Shown: in pieces, positions 11,400 through 26,057 of the stretch
Layout: each line of letters starts with the position of its first letter
Position numbering within the stretch: the first letter of the stretch is position 1
NCBI GenBank assembly: GCA_040285855.1
Contig: JAUFOQ010000005.1
Location: 2,356,001 to 2,420,000, forward strand
Origin: Eukaryota sp. GEM-RC1
Taxonomy: Eukaryota
Length of the DNA: 64,000 nt
Direction of reading: 5' to 3'
Position numbers and translations under genes: made by a program
Notes under the pieces: generated by a model
Told to the model about the DNA's origin: nothing
Seen by the model: only the letters and a program-made list of their open reading frames with translations
Database searches by the model: none

Positions 11400-14300
11400 G
11401 AAGTTCTGCCAGAATTTCTGGCAGTCTTCGTCTTCCCTAACAGACCAAGGAATAGGACACCAAAAATGTCACCATCCATAGCGCTCCTTCTTTTGCTCTA
11501 AGTCGTCCTTCAGCTCCACTTGTGCGTCCATTTACTCGGGTTTCCTTGGTTAGCAGTAAATCTTCTGTGACTCCCTCTTCTGCTCTTTCTGTAAGTCATT
11601 TTTCTTCTTCTGGTGATTCTATGTCTCGTGTTTTAGAGTCTGTATTTTCTGTTAGCCCTCTTGTCTGTAAGGTTTTAGCTTCACGTACAGATGAGTTGCC
11701 AAGTTCTCTGCCTCCTTGTTCTTCTAATCCCACTTTTGTTCCCTCTAATACTTCTTCTTCTTTCGATGTCTTCTCTGGGTCTAACGCTGCTTCTACTTCC
11801 ATCAAATCTTCTCCTGAAGTTGTGATCCCTACTTCTCAGCCAATTCGAAAAAGAGCTCTACCTAGCTGTTCTTCTGTGGTCAATTAGGACACATAAAAAA
11901 TCAGAAAGTATGTCCAAATATTGTTTTGCCTAAAATTCCTGATTCCCTATCAGCTGCCATTGCAGAAGTCTCTAATGTTGTAGACAATCTGGCTGTCACT
12001 TCTGAGTTACGGCAGAAGACAGCCTCTAGCCTCTTTCTGATAATTCTTTTACAGAATTTGGTCAGTCCAATGAATGTAATTTTTGCAAAACTGTTTCTGC
12101 GTCTTGCCTACATGTAATTAAAAAACATTCTTTGATTTGTGAAGATTGTCTTTCTGTTGATACTCTTCGATCTCCTGTCAAAATTCCTAATCAACTCAGC
12201 CCCAAAGGTTCCATTCCTTTTTCTATTGCTTTTCGGTCTTTTCTCTAGCGCTTTCACTAGGTTCTTGGGATGTTCTTCACATCTGGAAGTTTTTTCTTGA
12301 GAAACAATCTCAATCCTACACTCGCTCTCAGAAAGTGTTTGTTCCAAAGAAATTACCAAATGAAAAAGTTGTACGTCAGCAACTTCTTCGAGGTAGGTAT
12401 GCTTCAGCTAAGAATGCCATATTTTCATCAGATCTTGCTGCTGTTTCTGAGGACACTGTTTCTCAACTTCAGGCTCTTCATCCATTGGAAAAAAATTCTC
12501 CTGACAAGCCTATGCCTTCTTTGTATTGGAAAGAAAACCCCATTAGAGTGGATGAGTTGATGAGTGGTATTTTAAAACTCCCTTCAGGAAGAGCTCCTGG
12601 ACCTTCAGGTATTACTTTTGATATGCTCAAATCTGTATCACGTCAAAATTCACTTATTGTTGAAGATTTATGTCTCTTTTTCAACAATGTTTCGTTATCG
12701 AAGGTTGTTCCTCCTAAAGAGTTGTCTGCTTCTCGTTTGGTTGCAATGATTTAGCCTAACAATAAAATCCGTCCTATTGCTGTCGGTGAAGCTATAGACC
12801 GTCTGTTTGCTTCTGTTGTCTTTGGAACAATTTCCAACAAAGCCAAGGATTTGTTTTCACCTTATCAATGTGGTATTAAAACCATTGATGGAGCTTCTGT
12901 GGCTGCCCTTTTCTCTGATGTTTTCTTCAATGCAGTTGGAAATAATTGCATTTTCAATTTGGATTTTAAGAAGGCTTTTAATTCTGTTAAACGATCTGCC
13001 ATTTGTTCTGAACTGGAAAAGAGTTTTCCAGAATTAGGTACCTTTTTGATTGTTTTTCTGGTCACTCTTCTGACTTGGTTTTTGATTCATTTGTTCTTAA
13101 TTCTGTTTCTGGTGTTAAACAAGGAGATCCTATTGGCCCGTTCTGTTTTTGTTTGGCTATTCATCCAATCCTGAAAAAACTCAAAGAAGAACATGCAGAC
13201 TTAGAAATTGTAGCTTATATGGATGACATTTCTTTTATTGCTTCTATGTCAACTCTTCGTATTATTGCGAATCAGGCTGCTGATTTGTACGATGCAATTA
13301 AACTTCAATTAAATGTGCAAATATGTTTTTTGATTGCCAAAATACCTGTAACTTTAATTGTTAATTCTTTAGAGGTTCCCTTTGTGAACTACTTATCTTC
13401 AAGCTTTAGATTTCTACGTTGCTATCTTGGTTCACATGACAACATAGTTAAAGATCTGAATGTATATTTGGATTCAATGCGAAAAGAATTAGATTAAATT
13501 AAGGAATTGCAATTTCAAAAACATCTCAAATTCTTCATGCTAAAAATTTGTTGTTCAGGAAAAGTTACTCATCTGCTTCACTCTCTACCCCTGTGCTTAC
13601 CTATAACTGCTGTAGAAGCATTAACAAAATTAGTACTGACTTTCTTGCATTTTTGTTATCAGTGGATCCTGCTGCACTGAACAATCACATCATCTCATAT
13701 CCTCATCTTGGTGGTATTGGTTTCAGTTCGTCTAAATGGTGGACCAAATCTGCTTTCATTAGTGGTGGTAAGAATTTTGTCTTTGAGTTCTGTAGAGGTT
13801 ACCCGAGTTAAGAAAATCTTCTTGTTTCGACAAGTAGTTTTTTCTTGGTAAATTTGAGATCACAATTGTCGCTAATTTCACCTGACCTCTGGCAAACTTG
13901 TTTTCCAGCAGATCTTTGTGAAATACCAGAACGATGTATCATCTCGTTAAAATTTGCTCTTAAGAAACTCCAAAAACACCTTTTAAAACATTTTGAATGT
14001 CTGGATTTTAAAAATTCGACTTGGCATGGCAAAAGGAAAAATCCAGCGTTCAAATTTTTTAATCGATTTGAAGGACAGTTCTTCAGTTGCTTAACCAAAT
14101 TCCACAGATTTATGGTTTGTTGATGAATGATCATTAATGTACTACAACATTCAGACTTCGATGTTTTTTGTGGCCCTCTAAATTACCTAATTATTTTTAA
14201 TGTAAATGTGGTAAATCAGTTACTTTTTCTCACCTTTTGAGTCGCAGTCGTTTCATTACTTATAGAACTTGTACTCATGAAGCTGTCGGAGATCAAATTC

Positions 14301-14477
14301 AAGCCATGTGTAAGTCCTACAAAGTCGAATCTTTCGTTGAGCCACCGTTGAGATAACTGGAAATCAATAATTTAAAAAATAGTGATTCTGATAAGACTTT
14401 TGGTAAAAGAAGAGCTGATGTCATAGTTCCGTCAGTCAATGATGAACTAACGGTTGTTGATGTGAATACTGTGGATG
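11400..14477 (+). mobile_element. Degenerate non-LTR retrotransposon, CRE-like RT + restriction-like endonuclease (family 1); 5' limit approximate
   Basis: Fragmented ORFs with GRAPGPSG, IRPIAVGE, LDFKKAFNSV, GVKQGDPIGP, YMDD, GGIG, a CxC zinc knuckle (~14200), RADV and VVDV. Many stops and frameshifts. Confidence 0.85.
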
Positions 14478-15526
14478 TTGAACCCTGATGTTTGGGAATC
14501 CTTGTTCCCTGAATTTGTGACGGAAACACCTCAACGTACGCTTTTTTCCCTTCCTCTTGGTGTTAGAAAATTTCAGAAGAAATTTGTATCTTTCCATGAG
14601 AGCTTGGACTAAACTAACTGCATTAGCTTGGCTAAAGTTAAAAGTCCCGCTTTCTGTGCATTTTTACAAGACATGAGTAGTGATTCAGCATCTACCTTCA
14701 TTACTCAATTGCCAGGGAGATTTATTTTTAATCTAAAAGATCATGAATGACTTGTTAACATGAGACTTCGTTTAGGTTTTTGGCCATTTGGTTTGTTACA
14801 GAACAGCACGTGTATCTGTAAAAACAAACATAAGGCTAGCTTTCATCATTTGGTCAATTGTTCAAAGTTCATATATTGTCGTTCAATTTTGCTCAACAGT
14901 CTTCGAGATACATGTTTGGAAATGTTTAAGGCGAATGGTTTCCATGGCAAAGTCGAACCATTACTTTCTCATCTTTCAGATCACCCTGATTCTACTCAGA
15001 AACGTGGTGATTTTGTTGGCCCTTGGATGTCATGCCAAGAAATTGTGGTTGATTTTACGACCGTTGATCCTTGCAAAGCTTCAGCTATTGCCAACATTTT
15101 GAATCCCTCAAATGATCCGCTGAAAGACGCTGAGAACGCCAAAGTGTCAAAGTACGGACATCAAGTTGCTGCATTGAATTCACGAAGACACAATAATATC
15201 GTCTTTCAGCCTTTTGCAGTTTCATTGTACGGAAATTTCGGTTCTTCTACCAAGGAGTTTTTAAGTTTATTTGAAAATTTGTGTTCAGAATTTGGCAAGA
15301 AGTTTAACAGATCGTACTGGAAGAGTAAATTTACTTTTTCGATTTTTAGGTCTATGTATAGATATGTTGATTCCATTTTGTCCAAGTTGTTTGGAGGCAA
15401 CTACTTTTCGGAATTAGGTAGTTCGTTTGATAATTTGTTTTAATAGTGTTTATTTATTTGTACTTATCTTATTATGTGTTTTTCTCCGCACATAAATCCG
15501 TTTTTTTTATTTCAATAAACCCTTTG
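14478..15526 (+). mobile_element. 3' fragment of a CRE-like retrotransposon (family 2, sister of the satellite-embedded element), including 3' UTR
   Basis: LNPDVWESLFP...RKFQKKFVSFHESLD; MRLRLG; CICKN..HHLVNC; VEP; RGDF; VVDF; KVSKY; FQPFAVS; stop at 15443; 3' motif CATAAATCCGTTTTTTTT at 15491-15508. Confidence 0.85.
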
Positions 15527-16442
15527 TTCTTATGTGATAAAGTCTCCTTAATTTTGTCATCATTACCAATATAATTGCCCAAAAACTTGACACATTCATC
15601 TGAATAATTGACAAACGGAATGGAAGATTCCCCAAAATTCAAATCAACTGAAGAACGTCCAATGACAAGACATTTTTCAAAATTAATTGACAAACCAATA
15701 CTTGAAGACAATTCAACAAAACGAGGAAAACTCGATTTGATGACTTCCAAAGGGCCAATCAAAGAGGTATCATCAGCATACGAGTTCAACCTTAATCTTG
15801 AGAATTCGCTTGAGAATTTGCGAAGAATTCTTTGCAACGGTAAACAGAAAAGAAAAAGGGCCCAAAGGATCACCTTGTTTCACACCACGAGTGGATGAAA
15901 TTGTATGTTCGTGAAAAATTAATGAAGATGAATGACCATACATAATTTCAAAATAGGACAGTAATTCAGGAAAATGATCTAACAGTTCCAAGTAGACCTG
16001 TGACTGATAAACACGATTGAACGCATTTTTGTAATCAACGTTCAATACATAATTTTCTGCATTTGAATTTAAAAAGATGTCAGTCATCAAACTAGCACTT
16101 ATTGTACCATCTACAATTCCAATGCAAAACTGAAAAGGTCTGAAATATTCCACAGCCTTCCTTTTCACCCCTATCAAAACAAATAGAAGAAAATAATCTA
16201 CTCACACATTCGCCAATTGCAATTGGTCGAACACCATTACACGGTTTAGATACAGCTACTAAACGACTATTTTTCAACGCAAGAGGAAATTTGTGTGGTT
16301 GTGAACAAATCAAATTGAAAAAGTATGCGAGGTCTTCAGCAACCTCAGGAGCATGTGTAACAGCAATTTTAAGATGGTCAAAGCTAAGACCCGATGGTCC
16401 AGCTGCTTTACCACTTTTAGCATTAGAAATGGCTTTCATAAT
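15527..16442 (-). mobile_element. Satellite-embedded CRE-like element, copy 1 (3' part missing; RT region only)
   Basis: MKAISNAKSGKAAGPSG, RPIAIGE, DYKNAFN, GVKQGDPLGP, YADD. Same 5' junction (ATAAT|TCAGAGATAT) as the other copies. Confidence 0.9.
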
Positions 16443-18076
16443 TCAGAGATATTGATAAGATCTGAATGTAGTCAGCTCAAATGTACTCAGTTCAAGCAAC
16501 AATACGGTCAGCAACATCTTGATTCAATAGTTGACAAGAACATGTTGCCTCTATTGCAAGTGTCGCATAAACCATAACTAAACCGATCACAATATCTGTA
16601 CAAATTGGAGCTTGGTGTCGATGTCTAGAATCAGAAATTAATTTGAGTAATGAATCTGATCTGTAGAATAGCTGAAGTGAGACCGCCCAATGAATTTGAA
16701 TACAGTATAAAATATATGTGTTTCGATAAGCAGCTTGAATGGAATTGTTTTTGATTTATTGATGCCAAACTACGAGTCGTAGAGAAGTAATGATACTGTT
16801 TGTGAAATGTTGGAAACGAATAATTAAAATGAATTCCACGCAGTGACAAACAGTTCATGTGTGACATTAATCAAAATTCAATCACTCCCTATACACGACA
16901 GACATCGTTTCAGGTACAGTTACAAAACAACATTAGTTGCAAGTTAAATAGTGAACTGGAAGGACATGACCAGAATATTGGGTGTTGCTTTTATTGATAA
17001 GATCTGAATGTCAGCTCAAACGTAGTCAGTTCAAGCAACAATACGGTCAGCAACATCATGATTTAATAGTTGACAAGAACATGTTCCCTCTATTGCAAGT
17101 GTCGCATAAACCATAACTAAACTGATCACAATATCTGTACAAATTGGAGCTTGGTGTTGATGTCTAGAATCAGAAATTAATTTGAGCAATGAATCTGATC
17201 TGTAGAATAGCTGAAGTCAGACTGACCATTGAATTTGAATACAATAAATATACTCAGAGATATTGATAAGATCTGAATGTCAGCTCAAATGTAGTCAGTT
17301 CAAGCAACAATACGGTCAGCAACATCATGATTTAATAGTTGACAAGAACACGTTCCCTCTATTGCAAGTGTCGCATAAACCATAACTAAACTGATCACAA
17401 TATCTGTACAAATTGGAGCTTGGTGTTGATGTCTAGAATCAGAAATTAATTTGAGCAATGAATCTGATCTGTAGAATAGCTGAAGTCAGACTGACCATTG
17501 AATTTGAATACAATCAAAATTACTCAGAGATATTGATAAGATCTGAATGTAGTCAGCTCAAATGTACTCAGTTCAAGCAACAATACGGTCAGCAACATCA
17601 TGATTTAATAGTTGACAAGAACACGTTCCCTCTATTGCAAGTGTCGCATAAACCATAACTAAACTGATCACAATATCTGTACAAATTGGAGCTTGGTGTT
17701 GATGTCTAGAATCAGAAATTAAGAGCAATGAATCTGATCTGTAGAATAGCTGAAGTCAGACTGACCATTGAATTTGAATACAATCAAAATTACTCAGAGA
17801 TATTGATAAGATCTGAATGTAGTCAGCTCAAATGTACTCAGTTCAAGCAACAATACGGTCAGCAACATTATGATTTAATAGTTGACAAGAACATATTCCA
17901 TCTACTGCAAGTGTCGCATAAACCATAACTAAACCGATCACAATATCTGTACAAATTGGAGCTTGGTGTTGATGTCTAGAATCAGAAATTAATTTGAGCA
18001 ATGAATCTGATCTGTAGAATAGCTGAAGTCAGACTGACCATTGAATTTGAATACAATCAAAATTACTCAGAGATAT

Positions 18077-20433
18077 AAAAAACGGGTTTATGATCAGTCA
18101 GTGAAATAGATGCATTTGCAGAAGTTAATAACTAACAGACACTAACTAAAGTATCTAAACTACGATCCTTCTGTCCATCACCGAACAACTTACCTAAAAT
18201 TGAATTAAAATATCTGTGCATTGAACGAAACAACGCAAACGTTAACCTACTCAACCAAAAATTTTCATTGAAAACTTTACCATACTCAGCACACAATTTA
18301 CCAAAGGAAGTTAAAAAACCTTGTGCAGCTGGTCCAATATTACCGTATATCGACATCGCAAAAGGTTGAAACACAAAAGAATTGTACCTGTCAACATTCA
18401 ATTGGTTAATTAAGTGACAGTACTTTGTATTTTTTCCTTTTTCAGCCACTTCAAGAGCAGAAAAATCATCATTAAAAATTTTGGAAATTGATCTTGAACT
18501 ACAAGGATCAACAATCGACAATCGTGAAAACCATGATAATTTCCTGACAAGCTAACCAAGGACCAATCAAATCACCACGACTTCTATCAACTTTTGGCTG
18601 ATCAGAAAGATTAGTAAGTAAAGGTTCAATTTTTCCATGAAAACCATTAGCCTTAAACATATCCAAACATGTATCCCGGATACTGTTGTGAATAATTGAT
18701 CGAAAATGAATAAATTGATGACAGTTAACTAAATGATGAAAATTTGAAGCCTATGAACGACCACAAAGACAAGGAGAATGCTTCAAAAGACCTGAAGGCC
18801 ATAAACCTAACCTAAGTCTCATGTTTATAAGCCATTCATGATCCTTAAGATTAAAACAAAATTTTCTTGGCAAACGAGAAACAAATGAAGACGCAGCGCT
18901 TGAAGAAATATCATTCAAAAATGCACAAAAAGCGGGACTCTTAGTCTTAGCCAAGCTAATACGGTTTTTAAAGTCCAAGCTTTCGTGAAACAAAACAAAC
19001 TTCTTCTGTAACTTGCGAACACAGAAAGGCAAAGAGAAAATGCTTCTCTGCTGAATTTCTGTTACCCCAACAGGAAATATCTCTGACCACAAATTGGAGT
19101 CAAGACTATCAATTAATTTTTGAAGACTAATTAACCATGCACAAGGTGAGTGAAGTAAAAAATCTTTCGTTTTCCATAACACAGGATAACGATTCTGAAA
19201 TTCAAACAAAAAATTCTTTAGAGACCCCAAAAGGCACCATCACGCATGTTCTTAGCTTTCGTGAAACCTATACCACCAAAAAGAAGTAGAAGTGAAACAA
19301 TGAGAAGGAAGTGAAGAGTCTTTGTTACCAACCAGATAACTTACAAAATTTGTGCGCAATGAATTAAAATTACGACATAATTCGAGAGTTAGTTGAGGCG
19401 GTAAACCACGTAAAAAGTCATTAATTTTACCACCAAAACACACTTGCAGCATAACAAAAGAAACTTGTTTGCCTACATCCAGATCAACGATTTGGTTAAG
19501 CTGCTGAAAGATACAATTATTCTTATGTGATAAAGTCTCCTTAATTTTGTCATCATTACCAATATAATTGCCCAAAAACTTGACACATTCATCTGAATAA
19601 TTGACAAACGGAATGGAAGATTCCCCAAAATTCAAATCAACTGAAGAACGTTTAATGACAAGACATTTTTGAAAATTAAATGACAAACCAATACTTGAAG
19701 ACAATTCAACAAAACGAGGAAAACTCGATTTAATGACTTCCAAAGGGCCAACCAAAGAGGTATCATCAGCATACGAGTTCAACCTTAATCCTGGGAATTC
19801 GCTTGCGAATTTGCGAAGAATTCTTTGCAACGGCAAACAGAAAAGAAAAAGGGCCCAAAGGATCACCTTGTTTCACACCACGAGTGGATGAAATTGTATG
19901 TTCGTGAAAAATTAATGAAGATGAATGACCATACATAATTTCAAAATAGGACAGTAATTCAGGAAAATGATCTAACAGTTCCAAGTAGGCCTGTGACCGA
20001 TAAACACGATTGAACGCATTTTTGTTATCAACGTTCAATACATAATTTTTGCATTTGAATTTAAAAAGATGTCAGTCATCAAACTAGCACTTATTGTACC
20101 ATCTACAATTCCAATGCAAAACTGAAAAGGTCTGAAATATTCCACAGCCTTCCTTTTCACCCTATCAAAACAAATAGAAGAAAATAATCTACTCACACAT
20201 TCGCCAATTGCAATTGGTCGAACACCATTACACGGTTTAGATACAGCTACTAAACGACTATTTTTCAACGCAAGAGGAAATTTGTGTGGTTGTGAACAAA
20301 TCAAATTGAAAAAGTATGCGAGGTCTTCAGCAACCTCAGGAGCATGTGTAACAGCAATTTTAATATGGTCAAAGCTAAGACCCGATGGTCCAGCTGCTTT
20401 ACCACTTTTAGCATTAGAAATGGCTTTCATAAT
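18077..20433 (-). mobile_element. Satellite-embedded CRE-like RT-RLE retrotransposon, copy 2
   Basis: RT motifs (GVKQGDPLGP, YADD), CLC..HHLVNC knuckle, RGDL, KNTKY; flanked by TCAGAGATAT at 18067-18076 and 20434-20443. Confidence 0.93.
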
Positions 20434-22067
20434 TCAGAGATATTGACAAGATCTGAATGTAGTCAGCTCAGATGTACTCAGTTCAAGCAACAATACGGTC
20501 AGCAACATCTTGATTCAATAGTTGACAAGAACATGTTGCCTCTATTGCAAGTGTCGCATAAACCATAACTAAACCGATCACAATATCTGTACAAATTGGA
20601 GCTTGGTGTCGATGTCTAGAATCAGAAATTAATTTGAGTAATGAATCTGATCTGTAGAATAGCTGAAGTGAGACCGCCCAATGAATTTGAATACAGTATA
20701 AAATATATGTGTTTCGATAAGCAGCTTGAATGGAATTGTTTTTGATTTATTGATGCCAAACTACGAGTCGTAGAGAAGTAATGATACTGTTTGTGAAATG
20801 TTGGAAACGAATAATTAAAATGAATTCCACGCAGTGACAAACAGTTCATGTGTGACATTAATCAAAATTCAATCACTCCCTATACACGACAGACATCGTT
20901 TCAGGTACAGTTACAAAACAACATTAGTTGCAAGTTAAATAGTGAACTGGAAGGACATGACCAGAATATTGGGTGTTGCTGTTATTGATAAGATCTGAAT
21001 GTCAGCTCAAACGTAGTCAGTTCAAGCAACAATACGGTCAGCAACATCATGATTTAATAGTTGACAAGAACATATTCCATCTACTGCAAGTGTCGCATAA
21101 ACCATAACTAAACCGATCACAATATCTGTACAAATTGGAGCTTGGTGTTGATGTCTAGAATCAGAAATTAATTTGAGCAATGAATCTGATCTGTAGAATA
21201 GCTGAAGTCAGACTGACCATTGAATTTGAATACAATAAATATACTCAGAGATATTGATAAGATCTGAATGTCAGCTCAAATGTAGTCAGTTCAAGCAACA
21301 ATACGGTCAGCAACATCTTGATTTAATAGTTGACAAGAACATGTTCCCTCTATTGCAAGTGTCGCTTAAACCATAACTAAGCTGATCACAATATCTGTAC
21401 AAATTGGAGCTTGGTGTTGATGTCTAGAATCAGAAATTAATTTGAGTAATGAATCTGGTCTGTAGAATAGCTGAAGTGAGACTGACTATTGAATTTGAAT
21501 ACAATCAAAATTACTCAGAGATATTGATAAGATCTGAATGTAGTCAGCTCAAATGTACTCAGTTCAAGCAACAATACGGTCAGCAACATCATGATTTAAT
21601 AGTTGACAAGAACACGTTCCCTCTATTGCAAGTGTCGCATAAACCATAACTAAACTGATCACAATATCTGTACAAATTGGAGCTTGGTGTTGATGTCTAG
21701 AATCAGAAATTAAGAGCAATGAATCTGATCTGTAGAATAGCTGAAGTCAGACTGACCATTGAATTTGAATACAATCAAAATTACTCAGAGATATTGATAA
21801 GATCTGAATGTAGTCAGCTCAAATGTACTCAGTTCAAGCAACAATACGGTCAGCAACATTATGATTTAATAGTTGACAAGAACATATTCCATCTACTGCA
21901 AGTGTCGCATAAACCATAACTAAACCGATCACAATATCTGTACAAATTGGAGCTTGGTGTTGATGTCTAGAATCAGAAATTAATTTGAGCAATGAATCTG
22001 ATCTGTAGAATAGCTGAAGTCAGACTGACCATTGAATTTGAATACAATCAAAATTACTCAGAGATAT

Positions 22068-24423
22068 AAAAACGGGTTTATGATCAGTCAGTGAAATAGA
22101 TGCATTTGCAGAAGTTAATAACTAACAGACACTAACTAAAGTATCTAAACTACGATCCTTCTGTCCATCACCGAACAACTTACCTAAAATTGAATTAAAA
22201 TATCTGTGCATTGAACGAAACAACGCAAACGTTAACCTACTCAACCAAAAATTTTCATTGAAAACTTTACCATACTCAGCACACAATTTACCAAAGGAAG
22301 TTAAAAAACCTTGTGCAGCTGGTCCAATATTACCGTATATCGACATCGCAAAAGGTTGAAACACAAAAGAATTGTACCTGTCAACATTCAATTGGTTAAT
22401 TAAGTGACAGTACTTTGTATTTTTTCCTTTTTCAGCCACTTCAAGAGCAGAAAAATCATCATTAAAAATTTTGGAAATTGATCTTGAACTACAAGGATCA
22501 ACAATCGACAATCGTGAAAACCATGATAATTTCCTGACAAGCTAACCAAGGACCAATCAAATCACCACGACTTCTATCAACTTTTGGCTGATCAGAAAGA
22601 TTAGTAAGTAAAGGTTCAATTTTTCCATGAAAACCATTAGCCTTAAACATATCCAAACATGTATCCCGGATACTGTTGTGAATAATTGATCGAAAATGAA
22701 TAAATTGATGACAGTTAACTAAATGATGAAAATTTGAAGCCTATGAACGACCACAAAGACAAGGAGAATGCTTCAAAAGACCTGAAGGCCATAAACCTAA
22801 CCTAAGTCTCATGTTTATAAGCCATTCATGATCCTTAAGATTAAAACAAAATTTTCTTGGCAAACGAGAAACAAATGAAGACGCAGCGCTTGAAGAAATA
22901 TCATTCAAAAATGCACAAAAAGCGGGACTCTTAGTCTTAGCCAAGCTAATACGGTTTTTAAAGTCCAAGCTTTCGTGAAACAAAACAAACTTCTTCTGTA
23001 ACTTGCGAACACAGAAAGGCAAAGAGAAAATGCTTCTCTGCTGAATTTCTGTTACCCCAACAGGAAATATCTCTGACCACAAATTGGAGTCAAGACTATC
23101 AATTAATTTTTGAAGACTAATTAACCATGCACAAGGTGAGTGAAGTAAAAAATCTTTCGTTTTCCATAACACAGGATAACGATTCTGAAATTCAAACAAA
23201 AAATTCTTTAGAGACCCCAAAAGGCACCATCACGCATGTTCTTAGCTTTCGTGAAACCTATACCACCAAAAAGAAGTAGAAGTGAAACAATGAGAAGGAA
23301 GTGAAGAGTCTTTGTTACCAACCAGATAACTTACAAAATTTGTGCGCAATGAATTAAAATTACGACATAATTCGAGAGTTAGTTGAGGCGGTAAACCACG
23401 TAAAAAGTCATTAATTTTACCACCAAAACACACTTGCAGCATAACAAAAGAAACTTGTTTGCCTACATCCAGATCAACGATTTGGTTAAGCTGCTGAAAG
23501 ATACAATTATTCTTATGTGATAAAGTCTCCTTAATTTTGTCATCATTACCAATATAATTGCCCAAAAACTTGACACATTCATCTGAATAATTGACAAACG
23601 GAATGGAAGATTCCCCAAAATTCAAATCAACTGAAGAACGTTTAATGACAAGACATTTTTGAAAATTAAATGACAAACCAATACTTGAAGACAATTCAAC
23701 AAAACGAGGAAAACTCGATTTAATGACTTCCAAAGGGCCAACCAAAGAGGTATCATCAGCATACGAGTTCAACCTTAATCCTGGGAATTCGCTTGAGAAT
23801 TTGCGAAGAATTCTTTGCAACGGCAAACAGAAAAGAAAAAGGGCCCAAAGGATCACCTTGTTTCACACCACGAGTGGATGAAATTGTATGTTCGTGAAAA
23901 ATTAATGAAGATGAATGACCATACATAATTTCAAAATAGGACAGTAATTCAGGAAAATGATCTAACAGTTCCAAGTAGGCCTGTGACCGATAAACACGAT
24001 TGAACGCATTTTTGTAATCAACGTTCAATACATAATTTTTGCATTTGAATTTAAAAAGATGTCAGTCATCAAACTAGCACTTATTGTACCATCTACAATT
24101 CCAATGCAAAACTGAAAAGGTCTGAAATATTCCACAGCCTTCCTTTTCACCCTATCAAAACAAATAGAAGAAAATAATCTACTCACACATTCGCCAATTG
24201 CAATTGGTCGAACACCATTACACGGTTTAGATACAGCTACTAAACGACTATTTTTCAACGCAAGAGGAAATTTGTGTGGTTGTGAACAAATCAAATTGAA
24301 AAAGTATGCGAGGTCTTCAGCAACCTCAGGAGCATGTGTAACAGCAATTTTAATATGGTCAAAGCTAAGACCCGATGGTCCAGCTGCTTTACCACTTTTA
24401 GCATTAGAAATGGCTTTCATAAT
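22068..24423 (-). mobile_element. Satellite-embedded CRE-like element, copy 3
   Basis: Near-identical to copy 2; TCAGAGATAT at 22058-22067 and 24424-24433. Confidence 0.93.
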
Positions 24424-26057
24424 TCAGAGATATTGACAAGATCTGAATGTAGTCAGCTCAGATGTACTCAGATCAAGCAACAATACGGTCAGCAACATCT
24501 TGATTCAATAGTTGACAAGAACATGTTGCCTCTATTGCAAGTGTCGCATAAACCATAACTAAACCGATCACAATATCTGTACAAATTGGAGCTTGGTGTC
24601 GATGTCTAGAATCAGAAATTAATTTGAGTAATGAATCTGATCTGTAGAATAGCTGAAGTGAGACCGCCCAATGAATTTGAATACAGTATAAAATATATGT
24701 GTTTCGATAAGCAGCTTGAATGGAATTGTTTTTGATTTATTGATGCCAAACTACGAGTCGTAGAGAAGTAATGATACTGTTTGTGAAATGTTGGAAACGA
24801 ATAATTAAAATGAATTCCACGCAGTGACAAACAGTTCATGTGTGACATTAATCAAAATTCAATCACTCCCTATACACGACAGACATCGTTTCAGGTACAG
24901 TTACAAAACAACATTAGTTGCAAGTTAAATAGTGAACTGGAAGGACATGACCAGAATATTGGGTGTTGCTGTTATTGATAAGATCTGAATGTCAGCTCAA
25001 ACGTAGTCAGTTCAAGCAACAATACGGTCAGCAACATCATGATTTAATAGTTGACAAGAACATATTCCATCTACTGCAAGTGTCGCATAAACCATAACTA
25101 AACCGATCACAATATCTGTACAAATTGGAGCTTGGTGTTGATGTCTAGAATCAGAAATTAATTTGAGCAATGAATCTGATCTGTAGAATAGCTGAAGTCA
25201 GACTGACCATTGAATTTGAATACAATAAATATACTCAGAGATATTGATAAGATCTGAATGTCAGCTCAAATGTAGTCAGTTCAAGCAACAATACGGTCAG
25301 CAACATCTTGATTTAATAGTTGACAAGAACATGTTCCCTCTATTGCAAGTGTCGCTTAAACCATAACTAAGCTGATCACAATATCTGTACAAATTGGAGC
25401 TTGGTGTTGATGTCTAGAATCAGAAATTAATTTGAGTAATGAATCTGGTCTGTAGAATAGCTGAAGTGAGACTGACTATTGAATTTGAATACAATCAAAA
25501 TTACTCAGAGATATTGATAAGATCTGAATGTAGTCAGCTCAAATGTACTCAGTTCAAGCAACAATACGGTCAGCAACATCATGATTTAATAGTTGACAAG
25601 AACACGTTCCCTCTATTGCAAGTGTCGCATAAACCATAACTAAACTGATCACAATATCTGTACAAATTGGAGCTTGGTGTTGATGTCTAGAATCAGAAAT
25701 TAAGAGCAATGAATCTGATCTGTAGAATAGCTGAAGTCAGACTGACCATTGAATTTGAATACAATCAAAATTACTCAGAGATATTGATAAGATCTGAATG
25801 TAGTCAGCTCAAATGTACTCAGTTCAAGCAACAATACGGTCAGCAACATTATGATTTAATAGTTGACAAGAACATATTCCATCTACTGCAAGTGTCGCAT
25901 AAACCATAACTAAACCGATCACAATATCTGTACAAATTGGAGCTTGGTGTTGATGTCTAGAATCAGAAATTAATTTGAGCAATGAATCTGATCTGTAGAA
26001 TAGCTGAAGTCAGACTGACCATTGAATTTGAATACAATCAAAATTACTCAGAGATAT

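Noticed and set aside
11345..14089. 32-bp direct repeat as a target-site duplication or LTR
   Set aside because: The second copy lies inside continuous retroelement coding sequence that proceeds into the zinc knuckle and endonuclease. It is better explained as a fragment of a related copy.
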